Origin: Candidatus Angelobacter sp. | GTDB taxonomy: Bacteria > Acidobacteriota > Terriglobia > Terriglobales > Acidobacteriaceae | Assembly: GCA_035695325.1 (NCBI GenBank) | Contig: DASSEH010000011.1 | Coordinates: 29,706-93,705, forward strand | Direction of reading: 5' to 3' | Length of the DNA: 64,000 bases | In this document: positions 36,315-45,097 of the stretch, one piece after another | Layout: the number at the start of each line of letters is the position of its first letter | How positions within the stretch are numbered: position 1 is the stretch's first letter | Program-made: the position numbers and the translations under genes | The notes under the pieces: generated by a model | Databases searched by the model: none | What the model saw: only the letters and a program-made list of their open reading frames with translations | Told to the model about the DNA's origin: nothing

Positions 36315-36836
36315 TTACGGTCTTATCTCAATTTTTGTGCCAACAGGCACCAGCGACCAAATCTCCTCAATTTCCGCATTGGTGACGGCGATGCAGCCGT
36401 CGGTCCAGTCATGTTGCCGGTGAAGCGATCCCAGCCAGGCAAATACGGGCATCAATCCATGGATCATGATATCTCCGCCCGGATCCACGCCCTCGCGCTG
36501 GGCGCGTTGCCGGTCCTGCGCATTCGGATAAGAGACGCGCAGAGACAGATGGAACCGGCTGTGCTGATTTTTGCGATCAATGACATATGACCCTTCGGGC
36601 GTTTTGCTGTCGCCCTGCCGTTGCTTGGCTCCTGCAGGATTTCTGCCCAGAGCGACGCGGTACTCTTTTACAATTTTGTTGTCAGGTGAATACAGCCGCA
36701 TAATCCGGGCGGATTTCAGAACCACAATGTGATCGACTGCAGGATCGGGTACCGTAGCACGCTGCGTAGACAGAGCCAGTGAACCTGGCGCGAGAAAATT
36801 CAGGATGAGAAGTGATACGAAAATCGCCCTGTTCAT
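36315..36836 (-). CDS. L,D-transpeptidase (YkuD-fold) family protein, secreted
   Basis: Signal peptide, IMIHGL, and the catalytic-Cys context WTDGCIAVTNAEIEEIW. Confidence 0.85.
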   Translation of the reverse strand: MNRAIFVSLLILNFLAPGSLALSTQRATVPDPAVDHIVVLKSARIMRLYSPDNKIVKEYRVALGRNPAGAKQRQGDSKTPEGSYVIDRKNQHSRFHLSLRVSYPNAQDRQRAQREGVDPGGDIMIHGLMPVFAWLGSLHRQHDWTDGCIAVTNAEIEEIWSLVPVGTKIEIRP

Positions 36837-36918
36837 TTGGCAAGCTCCAGGTAGTATTTATATTTTTTTGACACCGACCTGAAAACGAGAGTTCTGAATG
36901 TCAGAGTGCAATTTAAGG

Positions 36919-37069
36919 TCATTTTCGCACACCAAAACTCATGGCAGATACCGCGTGGCTTGGCTCTTAGCTCTTGGCCTTTAGTCAACGACAGATTAAG
37001 CCAAAAGCCAATGGCCAACAGCCAAGTGGTCTTGGCTCTTCCCCATCATTTTCGCACTCCAAAGCTGAT
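36919..37069. repeat. Family A hairpin element flanked by a 24-bp direct duplication of the PASTA gene 3' end
   Basis: tcattttcgcacaccaaaactcat (36919-36942) matches tcattttcgcactccaaagctgat (37046-37069) at 21 of 24 positions. Hairpin arms at 36955-36984 and 36997-37029 lie between the two copies. Confidence 0.55.
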
Positions 37070-37765
37070 TGTGGATCCTGCGGCAATGCGCTGCCCTGCC
37101 TGAGGATACTGCCACACAATCGTTCCTGAAGCTTCTGGTTTTGTATCCGCACTGGGAATCTCATTTATCTTGTCCAAAGTAAACCCTGCCTGCTGCACTT
37201 CGCGGGCAGCTTCATGCAGCGGGTGTCCGATAAATCGCGGCATCATGTACCATTGCGCATTATCCGGAGGGGCAAACACCAGCCCTATTTTGGGCGAAGT
37301 AATCTTTTTTGTTTCCGGCGGTGGACTCTGGGCCACAACCGTATTGGGCTGAGCGCCGGGATAATGCATCACTGCAGCGGCGGAGATTTCATGGCCATAC
37401 CGGCTCGCGTTAATGCTGGCTGCATGTTCACTCTGGCCCACGAGATTGGGTACGGCGGCAATCTGCGGCCCCAGACTTCGCGCCACGCGTATCTTCAGCC
37501 CGCGTCGGACCTTGGCGCCGGCAGCAGGGACCTGCGACACCACGCGCCCTTCCGGCACCTCGGCACTGTAAAAACGGCTGTCGAATGAGAGCAGCAGCCC
37601 CTGAGTCACGGCGAGGCGCTCCGCCTCCACCTGCGTGAGTCCGGTAAACCTCGGTACCCGCACCTCACGACCGTGGATGGCAAAACGCATGGCCAGCAGC
37701 GCCGAGCCAAGAAACACTAAAAGCAGAATCAGCGAAAGCAGAAGAAATCGAAACAGCTTGCGCAC
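37046..37765 (-). CDS. PASTA-domain protein (N-terminal TM anchor, three PASTA repeats)
   Basis: The TM helix is followed by repeats such as VPRFTGLTQVEAERLAVTQGL...VVSQVPAAGAKVRRGLKIRV. GTG start lies 3 nt after the PBP1A stop. Confidence 0.8.
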   Translation of the reverse strand: MRKLFRFLLLSLILLLVFLGSALLAMRFAIHGREVRVPRFTGLTQVEAERLAVTQGLLLSFDSRFYSAEVPEGRVVSQVPAAGAKVRRGLKIRVARSLGPQIAAVPNLVGQSEHAASINASRYGHEISAAAVMHYPGAQPNTVVAQSPPPETKKITSPKIGLVFAPPDNAQWYMMPRFIGHPLHEAAREVQQAGFTLDKINEIPSADTKPEASGTIVWQYPQAGQRIAAGSTISFGVRK

Positions 37766-37768
37766 GGC

Positions 37769-40018
37769 TTAGTGTGCCTCCGGATTGCCCGAAGTCACCG
37801 GTTTCGATACGGCTGCGCGTTTCACTGGCAATTCCCGGGTGCGCTTTGTAAGCGCGGGCTGAAAGGATTCGCGGCTGCGCGCCGGATCGGCAATCGCCGC
37901 GCGCATAAAGTCGATCCAGATGGGCAGAGCCGCCTGACTGCCGGTTTCATTTTTGCCCAGCGTCTTTTTTTCATCAAAGCCGACCCACACGCCGCAGGTG
38001 ATGCTGGGCGAGAAGCCCACAAACCAGGCGTCGGTGTAATCGTTGGTGGTCCCCGTCTTTCCCGCCAGCGGATGCTGCAGCTTAACAGCCGCACTCCGGG
38101 CCGTGCCATGCTGCACCACACCTTCCAGCAGGGAAACCATGGTGCGGGCGGTGTTGGGGCTGATTACATCCCGAGCAACGGCAAAGTTTGCTTCCAGAAC
38201 GTGGCCATCGTAGTCGGTGACTTTGCGAATGTAGGCCGGCTCAATGCGCACGCCGTCATTGGGAAAAACCGAGTAAGCCGAGGTTTGCTCGTACAGGGTC
38301 ACGTCGGCTGCGCCCAGTGCGACTGGCAGGTACAAAGGTATTTGCGCGGTGAGGCCAAATTTCTTGGCATAGCTGGCGACTGTCGCCATGCCAACTTTGT
38401 GCGCCAGTTTCACCGCGGGGACGTTGCGCGAATCGGCCAGGGCTCGGCGCAAAGTAATCACGCCTTCAAATTTGTGGTCATAATTGTGGGGCGAATATGC
38501 CGTGCCGCCGCTGTAAAAAGTAGTGGGCGCGTCAACAATGGTATCGTCGGGATCCGCTCCCTCATCCACGGCAGCGGTATAGACATAAGGTTTGAAGGAA
38601 GAACCCGCCTGCCGCTCGGCCTGAATGGCGCGATTGAATTTTGATTCGCCGAAGCTCCGCCCGCCCACCATGGCCTTGATGTCCCCGGTGGCATTGTCGA
38701 TGGCCAGCAGCGCGGCCTGCGCTCCGGAATCCTGCTCGAGCTGCACCTGTGCCGTGCCGTCCGTCTGCAGCGCCAGCACCTTCACGTAAATGATGTCGCC
38801 AGGCGTGAAGACGTCTTTGGGAAACTTGTGTCCGGTCAGAGCAATGTCGTCCGGACCAAGAGTGACCATCCAGCGCCCCAGGCGTATCGTGGCAAACTCA
38901 AGACCTACATCGGCGACCACAGCGTGCACGTAAGATCCGGGCACGATGGTCTGATCCCAGTCCGGATGCCGATACTTGTCGAGCGACTCGCCCATTCCCA
39001 TCACATTCTTCAAATGCCCTTGCCATCCGCGCCGCCGCTCGTATGCCGCCAGACCTTCCGCCACCGCCAGATTGGCGGCTTTTTGCAGATCGAGATCGAG
39101 CGATGTGTAAACCCGCAGGCCGCCTTCATGCACCTCGCTGGTGCCGTACTTTTTTTCCAGATACCTCCGCAGTTCCTCCACAAAGTAAGGAGCAGGCGAT
39201 GCGTCCGGTGTTCGCGGGGCCAGGCTGAGCGGTGCGGTTTTGGCGTGTCCGGCCTGTTCGGCGGTGATCTTTCCATCTTCCAGCAGGTTGTTGATCACCA
39301 GGTTGCGCCGCCGCAACGCGCGCTCGGGATTGTTGATGGGGTCGTAATAGGATGGTCCCTTGGGCAGGCCGGCCAGCAGTGCCGCCTCTTCCAGTTTGAG
39401 GTCCCGGGCGTGCTTGCCAAAGTAAAACTGCGATCCCGCTTCAAATCCGTACATGCCGTGGCCCAGAGCAATCTGGTTGCAGTACAAAGTAAAAATCTGC
39501 TGCTTGGTAAAGCGCCGTTCAATCTGGATTGCCAGCATGGCTTCCTGCACCTTGCGGCTGAAATGGCGTTCCGGCGAAAGGAACAGATTGCGGGAAAGCT
39601 GCATGGTCAGCGTGGAAGCGCCCTGTGCGCGCGTTCCCGGCGACGATATGTCGCGATAGGTGGCGCCCAGTACGCGCCAAAGATTAATGCCCCAGTGGTT
39701 TTCAAAACTCTTGTCTTCCGTGGAAATGATGGCGTCGCGCAGGACTTTGGGGAAACTGTCATAAGAGCCCAGCACGCGCCGCTGCAGAGCAAATGATCCT
39801 ATGCTGCGGCCCTGAACGTCATATAGTTCAGTCACGGTTCCGGGGCGGTAGCGCTCCAGGTCGCTGATCTGAGGAAGATTCGTGGAATAGACCGTGAGCA
39901 GACCTGTGAGTATTCCCGCACAGATGGCGCTCAGCACCATGATGCCGAATACGACACGGCCAACCAGCTTTCGCCCGCCGAGGTGAACGACCGGGAGGAC
40001 TGAGTACAGAAACTTCAT
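37769..40018 (-). CDS. Class A penicillin-binding protein (PBP1A-type transglycosylase/transpeptidase)
   Basis: GT51 motif EDKSFENHWGIN, transpeptidase motifs SSFKP, SRN and KTGTT. Confidence 0.92.
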   Translation of the reverse strand: MKFLYSVLPVVHLGGRKLVGRVVFGIMVLSAICAGILTGLLTVYSTNLPQISDLERYRPGTVTELYDVQGRSIGSFALQRRVLGSYDSFPKVLRDAIISTEDKSFENHWGINLWRVLGATYRDISSPGTRAQGASTLTMQLSRNLFLSPERHFSRKVQEAMLAIQIERRFTKQQIFTLYCNQIALGHGMYGFEAGSQFYFGKHARDLKLEEAALLAGLPKGPSYYDPINNPERALRRRNLVINNLLEDGKITAEQAGHAKTAPLSLAPRTPDASPAPYFVEELRRYLEKKYGTSEVHEGGLRVYTSLDLDLQKAANLAVAEGLAAYERRRGWQGHLKNVMGMGESLDKYRHPDWDQTIVPGSYVHAVVADVGLEFATIRLGRWMVTLGPDDIALTGHKFPKDVFTPGDIIYVKVLALQTDGTAQVQLEQDSGAQAALLAIDNATGDIKAMVGGRSFGESKFNRAIQAERQAGSSFKPYVYTAAVDEGADPDDTIVDAPTTFYSGGTAYSPHNYDHKFEGVITLRRALADSRNVPAVKLAHKVGMATVASYAKKFGLTAQIPLYLPVALGAADVTLYEQTSAYSVFPNDGVRIEPAYIRKVTDYDGHVLEANFAVARDVISPNTARTMVSLLEGVVQHGTARSAAVKLQHPLAGKTGTTNDYTDAWFVGFSPSITCGVWVGFDEKKTLGKNETGSQAALPIWIDFMRAAIADPARSRESFQPALTKRTRELPVKRAAVSKPVTSGNPEAH

Positions 40019-40099
40019 GACAGGAAGGGTGTGAGCCTCAGAATAGCACGTTTTTCCCGTGGACCGGAGAACAGACTCACTTCCATCCTGTATAAATCG

Positions 40100-41320
40100 T
40101 TAGCCTTTTTGCTCTTTTGCTTTCAGCACCTGGATGGCTTTGTTCAGCTGCTCATCATTTGCGGGTGCGGCTTTTTGTGGTTCTGTCGGAGTCGCGCCGT
40201 CTTCGTCATCGTTGACCGCGATTAAATCACTGGCGCTGGCCACCAGGACATTGGGAGTGATTCCCGTATCCTGAATGATCTTCCCGCCAGGCGTGTAGTA
40301 CTTGGCGATGGAGAGGATCAGGGCGGAGCCATCCGGTACTTCAATCAGCTTCTGCACCGAGCCGTCGCCAAAAGTCTTGTCACCCAGAACGTCGCCGCGC
40401 TTATTGTCGAGCACCGCGGCGGCCACGATCTCGGCCGGGCCGGATGTTCCATGATTTACCAGCACTGCCAGAGGCAGGTCGGTGATTTTCTTCTGCGCGT
40501 CGGCGTTGTATTCCACTTTGGTGTACTTCTGTCCCTGGAGAGAAGCGATCAGCCCCTTGTCGAGGAAAAGATTGGCTGCGGCAATGCCTTCTTCCTCATC
40601 GCCATAAGAAGAATCGCGCAGGTCCAGCACCAGTTTCTTCGCGCCGTTTTTTTGCAGTTCTTTGATGCGGCTTGCGATTTCCTCGGCCCGGCCTTTGTTC
40701 AGCACGAGTGCTTTCACGTAGGCCACGTTGTCAGGCAGCATCTTCGCCTGCACCGCCGGAAGCTTCACTTCCTCGCGGACGAAAGAAATCTTTTGCGGCT
40801 CGACCTTGTGTACACGAATGAGCGAGCACTCCAGTTTGGAGCCGGGGTCCCCTTCCAGACGGTTTCTGATCTCCGCCAGTGACATCTCGTGCGTGCTCTG
40901 CCCGTCAATGGCTTCAACGATATCGCCATTGGAAATGCCCGCCTTGTCCGCGGGGCCGCCAGGAAGAACGGAAACCACGGCCGCATAGCCGAAACGCTTG
41001 GAGACGGTTGCGCCGATGCTGGCTTTGCCCGTGGTCTTCTTCTGCTTAAAGACCTTGTATTCTTCCGGACTCAGATAGCTGGAGTTGGCGTCCAGCGATT
41101 CCAGCATGCCGTGCAGGGCGCCGTTCGTCACCAGATTCATGTTGGGTTCTTCCACGTACTCGGCGCGTACGTGATACAGCACCTCGCTGTAAACCTGCAT
41201 GTGGCTGTAAGAAGCGTCGCTGGTATTGTCAGAGGCATGGACGCGAAGTCCGCCCGCAAATGAAAAACCGATAATGGCGATGGAAGCAGTAAGAAGGATG
41301 GCTTGAATTTTTTTCGGCAT
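40100..41320 (-). CDS. S41-family C-terminal processing peptidase
   Basis: PDZ domain (PGGPADKAGISNGDIVEAIDGQS) and the catalytic region LVNHGTSGPAEIVAAAV. Confidence 0.85.
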   Translation of the reverse strand: MPKKIQAILLTASIAIIGFSFAGGLRVHASDNTSDASYSHMQVYSEVLYHVRAEYVEEPNMNLVTNGALHGMLESLDANSSYLSPEEYKVFKQKKTTGKASIGATVSKRFGYAAVVSVLPGGPADKAGISNGDIVEAIDGQSTHEMSLAEIRNRLEGDPGSKLECSLIRVHKVEPQKISFVREEVKLPAVQAKMLPDNVAYVKALVLNKGRAEEIASRIKELQKNGAKKLVLDLRDSSYGDEEEGIAAANLFLDKGLIASLQGQKYTKVEYNADAQKKITDLPLAVLVNHGTSGPAEIVAAAVLDNKRGDVLGDKTFGDGSVQKLIEVPDGSALILSIAKYYTPGGKIIQDTGITPNVLVASASDLIAVNDDEDGATPTEPQKAAPANDEQLNKAIQVLKAKEQKG

Positions 41321-41452
41321 CGAAAATCCTTATTCCTAAAGACGAACGAACATTCCGCTGGTGAGCTACGTCATTATAGCTTTCTTTTTGGATGCATCTC
41401 ACGATTATTGAGACGTACAAATTACCCTGGTTACTGAGTTTTCAGCTAAGGG

Positions 41453-41872
41453 TTATCGTTTATGCGAGAGAATGCTCAGAACTTCCTTCAGCCCCTGGCG
41501 CACCTGTTTGAGCTGCGTCTGGCTGGCGGCAGGCGCTGCGAAAGGCAGCGGTTCCTGCTTGCGCCGGGATTCCGCGCGCAGATGCTGGCGAGCGCCCGCA
41601 ATGGTGAAACCTTCTTCATACAGCAGTTTTTTGATGCGCAGTACATTTTCCACATCCAGCCGGCGATACATGCGCTGCCCGGTGCTGCTTTTCGAAGGTT
41701 TGAGCTGGGTGAATTCGCTCTCCCAAAAGCGCAGAACATAACTGGGCAGTCCGCACAGCCGGCTCACTTCGCCGATGCGGAAATAGAGTTTGTCGGGGAT
41801 GGTGACTTCACCCGATTCTGATTTTTTGCGCGCGCTGTTTCTGGGCGATTTTGGCATGGTCCTCTGGACCAA
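41453..41872 (-). CDS. MerR-family transcriptional regulator
   Basis: HTH segment [25 protein letters not shown]...[29 protein letters not shown]. Confidence 0.85.
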   Translation of the reverse strand: MVQRTMPKSPRNSARKKSESGEVTIPDKLYFRIGEVSRLCGLPSYVLRFWESEFTQLKPSKSSTGQRMYRRLDVENVLRIKKLLYEEGFTIAGARQHLRAESRRKQEPLPFAAPAASQTQLKQVRQGLKEVLSILSHKR

Positions 41873-41922
41873 GTGGCTGAAGCGGATATTAAGGCGCGCA
41901 ATCCTATTGCGTCAACTCCAGT

Positions 41923-41948
41923 AAAAAAGGGTGTTCATTCGAACACCC
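41923..41948 (-). terminator. Intrinsic terminator after the Lys-rich mini-ORF
   Basis: Minus strand reads GGGTGTTC-gaat-GAACACCC followed by TTTTTT (plus-strand A-run 41923-41928). Confidence 0.6.
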
Positions 41949-41995
41949 ATTAAAACTATTTCCCTTGATGTGCGGAGACATGGCTCCGCGATCCA

Positions 41996-42052
41996 TTATT
42001 TCTTTTTTTTCTTGGCTGCTTTTTTTGCGGGAGCTTTTTTCTTCGTTGCCAT
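41996..42052 (-). CDS. Candidate 18-aa Lys/Ala-rich mini-protein (MATKKKAPAKKAAKKKKK)
   Basis: Translated by hand. A perfect AAGGAGG lies 9 nt upstream of the ATG (42052), and the mini-ORF has its own terminator about 50 nt downstream. It is below the ORF-track size cut-off. Confidence 0.4.
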   Translation of the reverse strand: MATKKKAPAKKAAKKKKK

Positions 42053-42434
42053 TATGAGTATCCTCCTTGAGATTTTGACTCCAAAAGGCTTTTAATGCAC
42101 CACAAGCCTACTACTTCCAGGGCACTTGCAATGCCATACCCAAGATATTGATGTACCTGTGTTCAAGTGTCAACAAAAAAATGCATATCAAGGAGCACTT
42201 TTGTGGTACAGGAGCAAAAAAACTCACCCGGCAAAAATGAAATCGGCAAATGAAGGCAAACGCCGCCCTGTAAAAATTATTGTTGAGAAATGTATGGAAG
42301 AATACAGAAGCCAGTGCTGTCGGAATCTTTTTGGAAAATTCCGGGTTCTCTTGAACAGCACCCGCACCAGAAAAACACAGGCTGCCATGTACGCGGCAGG
42401 TGAGCTTCAAATGAATTGGAGAAGGAGAATCACA

Positions 42435-43328
42435 ATGCGTTTCCTGACAAAACTCAGTTTAATCACAGTGGCAATGGCAGTGTTCGGCGCGGGCGCGGCT
42501 TTGGCCTCGCCCTGGGATGGGCCGGATGGCTCATATCGACAGACGTGCAAAAACATAAAAATGCATGACGATTCGCTGCGTGCGCGCTGCCAGGACCGTG
42601 ATGGTCACTGGCACGATTCGTCACTCGACCACGTGGAGCGCTGCATCAGCGACATCACCAACGTGAATGGCCGCCTGACCTGCAATCAGGAAGCCCGTGA
42701 GGCCCTGCGCGGTAATGTGCCGCCGGGAGGTTACGCGCAAAGCTGCCGCGATATTCATGTGGATGGCGATCGCCTGCGTGCGCGCTGCCAGACGCGTGAC
42801 GCTCGCTGGGTTGATGCCTGGCTCGATGACTTCCGCCGCTGCCGTGATATTGGAAATGACGACGGACATCTCGTCTGCGGCGATGATCGCGACCGTGATC
42901 GTGATAGAGACCGTGACCGGGACAGAGACCGCGATCGGGATCGTGACGGAGACAGAGACAGAGACAGATTGCCGCGCGGTTCTTACACCCAAAGCTGCCG
43001 CGATATCTCCGTTCGGGGTGACACGCTGGTGGCTCGCTGCGAAGAGCGCGATGGTGAGTGGCGCACGGCGTCCCTCGAAGATTTCCGCCGCTGCGGTGGA
43101 GAGATTGTAAATGACAATGGCCGGCTCGATTGCACGCGCAGAAGCGGCTGGTCGGCCCCGCGTGGTACTTACACGGAAACCTGCCGTGATATTTATCTGC
43201 GTGGCGACACTATGCGGGCACGCTGCCAGACTTCTGACGGCCGCTGGGTGTGGTCACAGCTCGATGACTGGGACGGCTGCCGCTCGGGCATCGTAAATAT
43301 TGAAGGGCAGCTTCGCTGCAACCGATAG
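42435..43328 (+). CDS. Secreted protein with four CVNH (cyanovirin-N homology) half-repeats split by an (Arg-Asp)n linker
   Basis: ATG 42435 follows GGAGAAGGAG and is followed by a signal peptide. Four copies of S/T-Y-x-Q/E-S/T-C-[KR]-[ND]-I...L-x-A-R-C-x-x-x-D-G-x-W...L-[DE]-[DH]...C...I-x-N-x-[NDE]-G-x-L-x-C match the CVNH repeat pattern. Confidence 0.7.
   Translation: MRFLTKLSLITVAMAVFGAGAALASPWDGPDGSYRQTCKNIKMHDDSLRARCQDRDGHWHDSSLDHVERCISDITNVNGRLTCNQEAREALRGNVPPGGYAQSCRDIHVDGDRLRARCQTRDARWVDAWLDDFRRCRDIGNDDGHLVCGDDRDRDRDRDRDRDRDRDRDRDGDRDRDRLPRGSYTQSCRDISVRGDTLVARCEERDGEWRTASLEDFRRCGGEIVNDNGRLDCTRRSGWSAPRGTYTETCRDIYLRGDTMRARCQTSDGRWVWSQLDDWDGCRSGIVNIEGQLRCNR
42885..42968 (+). repeat. 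Arg-Asp dipeptide-repeat coding tract
   Basis: It encodes DDRDRDRDRDRDRDRDRDRDGDRDRDR. Synonymous codons are mixed (cgt/cgc/cgg/aga and gat/gac), and only the last 18 nt form a perfect (GACAGA)3. Confidence 0.8.
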
Positions 43329-43336
43329 GTTTTTAG

Positions 43337-43377
43337 AAATGCAAAGAGCGCAGGAGTCCCTGCGCTCTTTTGCATTT
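43337..43377. terminator. Bidirectional terminator hairpin between convergent genes
   Basis: AAATGCAAAGAGCGCAGG-agtc-CCTGCGCTCTTTTGCATTT with one bulged base. A/T runs flank both sides. Confidence 0.65.
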
Positions 43378-43385
43378 ACAGGCTT

Positions 43386-44753
43386 TTATTTTTTCAGCTC
43401 GCGCAAATCGATCCCCAGCTGCTGGCACTTTTTGTAGAGATGGCTGCGCTCGAGGCCCAGAGATTTGGCCGTATTGGTAATGTGATGATTGTGCCGCTTG
43501 ATTTCGTCCAGAATCACCTGGCGCTCAAACTGCTCCACCCGCTCGGATAGCACGCCATGCGTGGCCGCCGGCTGTGAACTACTTTGTCCGGCAGAAGCGG
43601 GCAACGCTGCCTGCACCGTGTCCGGCGTGACCATATCGTTTTCGCAATAAAGCAGCAGCCGCTCCACCACATTGCGCAACTCGCGGATGTTTCCCGGCCA
43701 GGCGTAGCTCTGCAGCGCCTTCATGGTTTCCGGGGCGAACGATATTTCCTTCCAGCCATTCTGTTTCACAATCTGGCGGGCAAAGTGGGTGACAAGCGCG
43801 GGCACGTCCTCCGTCCGCTCACGCAGTGGGGGCAGGACCATGGGAAACACGTAAATCCGGTGAAACAAATCCTGGCGAAACGCCCCGAGTTTCACCTGCT
43901 CTTCCAGGTTGCGATGCGTGGCCACGATTACGCGGACATTGACCTTAACCGGCTTGTCCCCGCCCACGCGCTCCACCTCGCCCTGCTCCAGAACGCGCAG
44001 TAGTTTCGATTGCATGGGCAGCGGCATGTCGCCGATCTCATCCAGAAACAGAGTACCTTCATGCGCCTGCTCGAACTTGCCCACATGCCGCCCGGCGGCC
44101 CCGGTGAACGAACCTTTCTCATGGCCGAACAGCTCTGATTCGATCAACTCGGCCGGCACAGCGGCGCAGTTCAGCGTTACATACGGCCCTTCATGCCGGT
44201 GGCTTTTTTCGTGGATGGTGCGGGCGATCAGCTCCTTGCCCGTGCCGGTCTCTCCCATAATGCACACGCGCGATTCGCTGGCCGCCACGCGCTCGGCCTG
44301 GGCCATCAGTCGGCGCATCTTTTCACCCGTAAAGACCAGCCCGGGCGTGCCCAGTTGCTGCTTCAACTGCCGGTTTTCAGCCTGGAGCCGTTCGAGGCGC
44401 AGCGCGTTCTGCACCGTCAGCAAAAGCTTGTCGGTAGAGATCGGCTTTTCCAGAAAATCCAGCGCGCCCAGGCGTGTGGCCTTCACGGCCATTTCAATGT
44501 GCGCCTGGCCGGACATCATCACCACCGGCGTGGTGACTCCGGCGGTGCGCATTTGCTCGAGCAGCATGAGCCCGTCCGTGCCGGGCATGACCACGTCGGA
44601 AAAAATGAGATCAAAAGGTTCGGACTTCGCCAGCTCGAGCGCACGCGCCGGATTGTCGCAAACCGTGGCTTCATATCCAGCCAGACGAAAAGCGCGGGAG
44701 AGCGAGGCCAGAGTGCTGGCGTCGTCATCGACGATGAGGAGACTGGGTTTCAT
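43386..44753 (-). CDS. Sigma-54-dependent response regulator (NtrC family)
   Basis: Receiver domain (LLIVDDD...FDLIFSDVVMPG), AAA+ domain (GETGTGKE, ESELFGHEKGSFTGA, RQDLFHR) and a C-terminal Fis-type HTH. Confidence 0.92.
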   Translation of the reverse strand: MKPSLLIVDDDASTLASLSRAFRLAGYEATVCDNPARALELAKSEPFDLIFSDVVMPGTDGLMLLEQMRTAGVTTPVVMMSGQAHIEMAVKATRLGALDFLEKPISTDKLLLTVQNALRLERLQAENRQLKQQLGTPGLVFTGEKMRRLMAQAERVAASESRVCIMGETGTGKELIARTIHEKSHRHEGPYVTLNCAAVPAELIESELFGHEKGSFTGAAGRHVGKFEQAHEGTLFLDEIGDMPLPMQSKLLRVLEQGEVERVGGDKPVKVNVRVIVATHRNLEEQVKLGAFRQDLFHRIYVFPMVLPPLRERTEDVPALVTHFARQIVKQNGWKEISFAPETMKALQSYAWPGNIRELRNVVERLLLYCENDMVTPDTVQAALPASAGQSSSQPAATHGVLSERVEQFERQVILDEIKRHNHHITNTAKSLGLERSHLYKKCQQLGIDLRELKK

Positions 44754-45097
44754 GATTTTTCAAAATCCCGAGCAAAGCGAGGGGTCCCTGTAGTCTGACG
44801 AATCTCGGGGCTTATATCCCTCCACTCAGGATTGCTTGCAGCAAACAGATTAATTTTCTTTTCCCGCCGGTATTTCTTAATTTGTGTTTCACGGAGAGCG
44901 GCTGCTTCGCTTTCTGTGTATGTCTCAAAATACATCAGCCGGTCCACTTTATACTTTTTGGTAAATCCATCAAACACGCCGGTTTTGTGCTGCATGAGCC
45001 GCCGGCGCAAATTGTCTGTAAGGCCAACATACAAAGTACCGCTCAGGCTGGCAAGGATATAGACAAAATAGCATCGCTGGAATTTCCTTTGAGTCAT
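44750..45097 (-). CDS. Stand-alone GIY-YIG nuclease-domain protein
   Basis: YFVYILASLSGTLYVGLTDNLRRRLMQHK...GFTKKY...LMYFETY...AALRETQIKKYRREKK. It has its own GGAGG 7 nt upstream and sits in AT-rich DNA. Its stop overlaps the regulator ATG as ATGA. Confidence 0.8.
   Translation of the reverse strand: MTQRKFQRCYFVYILASLSGTLYVGLTDNLRRRLMQHKTGVFDGFTKKYKVDRLMYFETYTESEAAALRETQIKKYRREKKINLFAASNPEWRDISPEIRQTTGTPRFARDFEKS

Noticed and set aside
37772-39796. Plus-strand ORFs of 290 and 322 aa opposite the PBP1A gene
   Set aside because: These are antisense shadow ORFs. The minus strand carries the GT51 and SxxK/SxN/KTG motifs.
42110-42130. Sigma-54 promoter-like GGGCACTTGCA upstream of the CVNH gene
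   Set aside because: The GG-to-GC spacing is 7-8 nt instead of the required 10, so it cannot be a -24/-12 element.
42126-42434. 103-codon N-terminal extension of the CVNH protein ORF
   Set aside because: This is an AT-rich, Lys/Arg-rich read-through of the promoter region. The internal ATG 42435 has a strong GGAGAAGGAG SD and gives a canonical signal peptide.
42885-42968. CRISPR-like or microsatellite array
   Set aside because: The periodicity is 6 nt and lies within a continuous reading frame encoding Arg-Asp. There is no repeat-spacer organisation, and no CRISPR-like array was seen anywhere else in the window.
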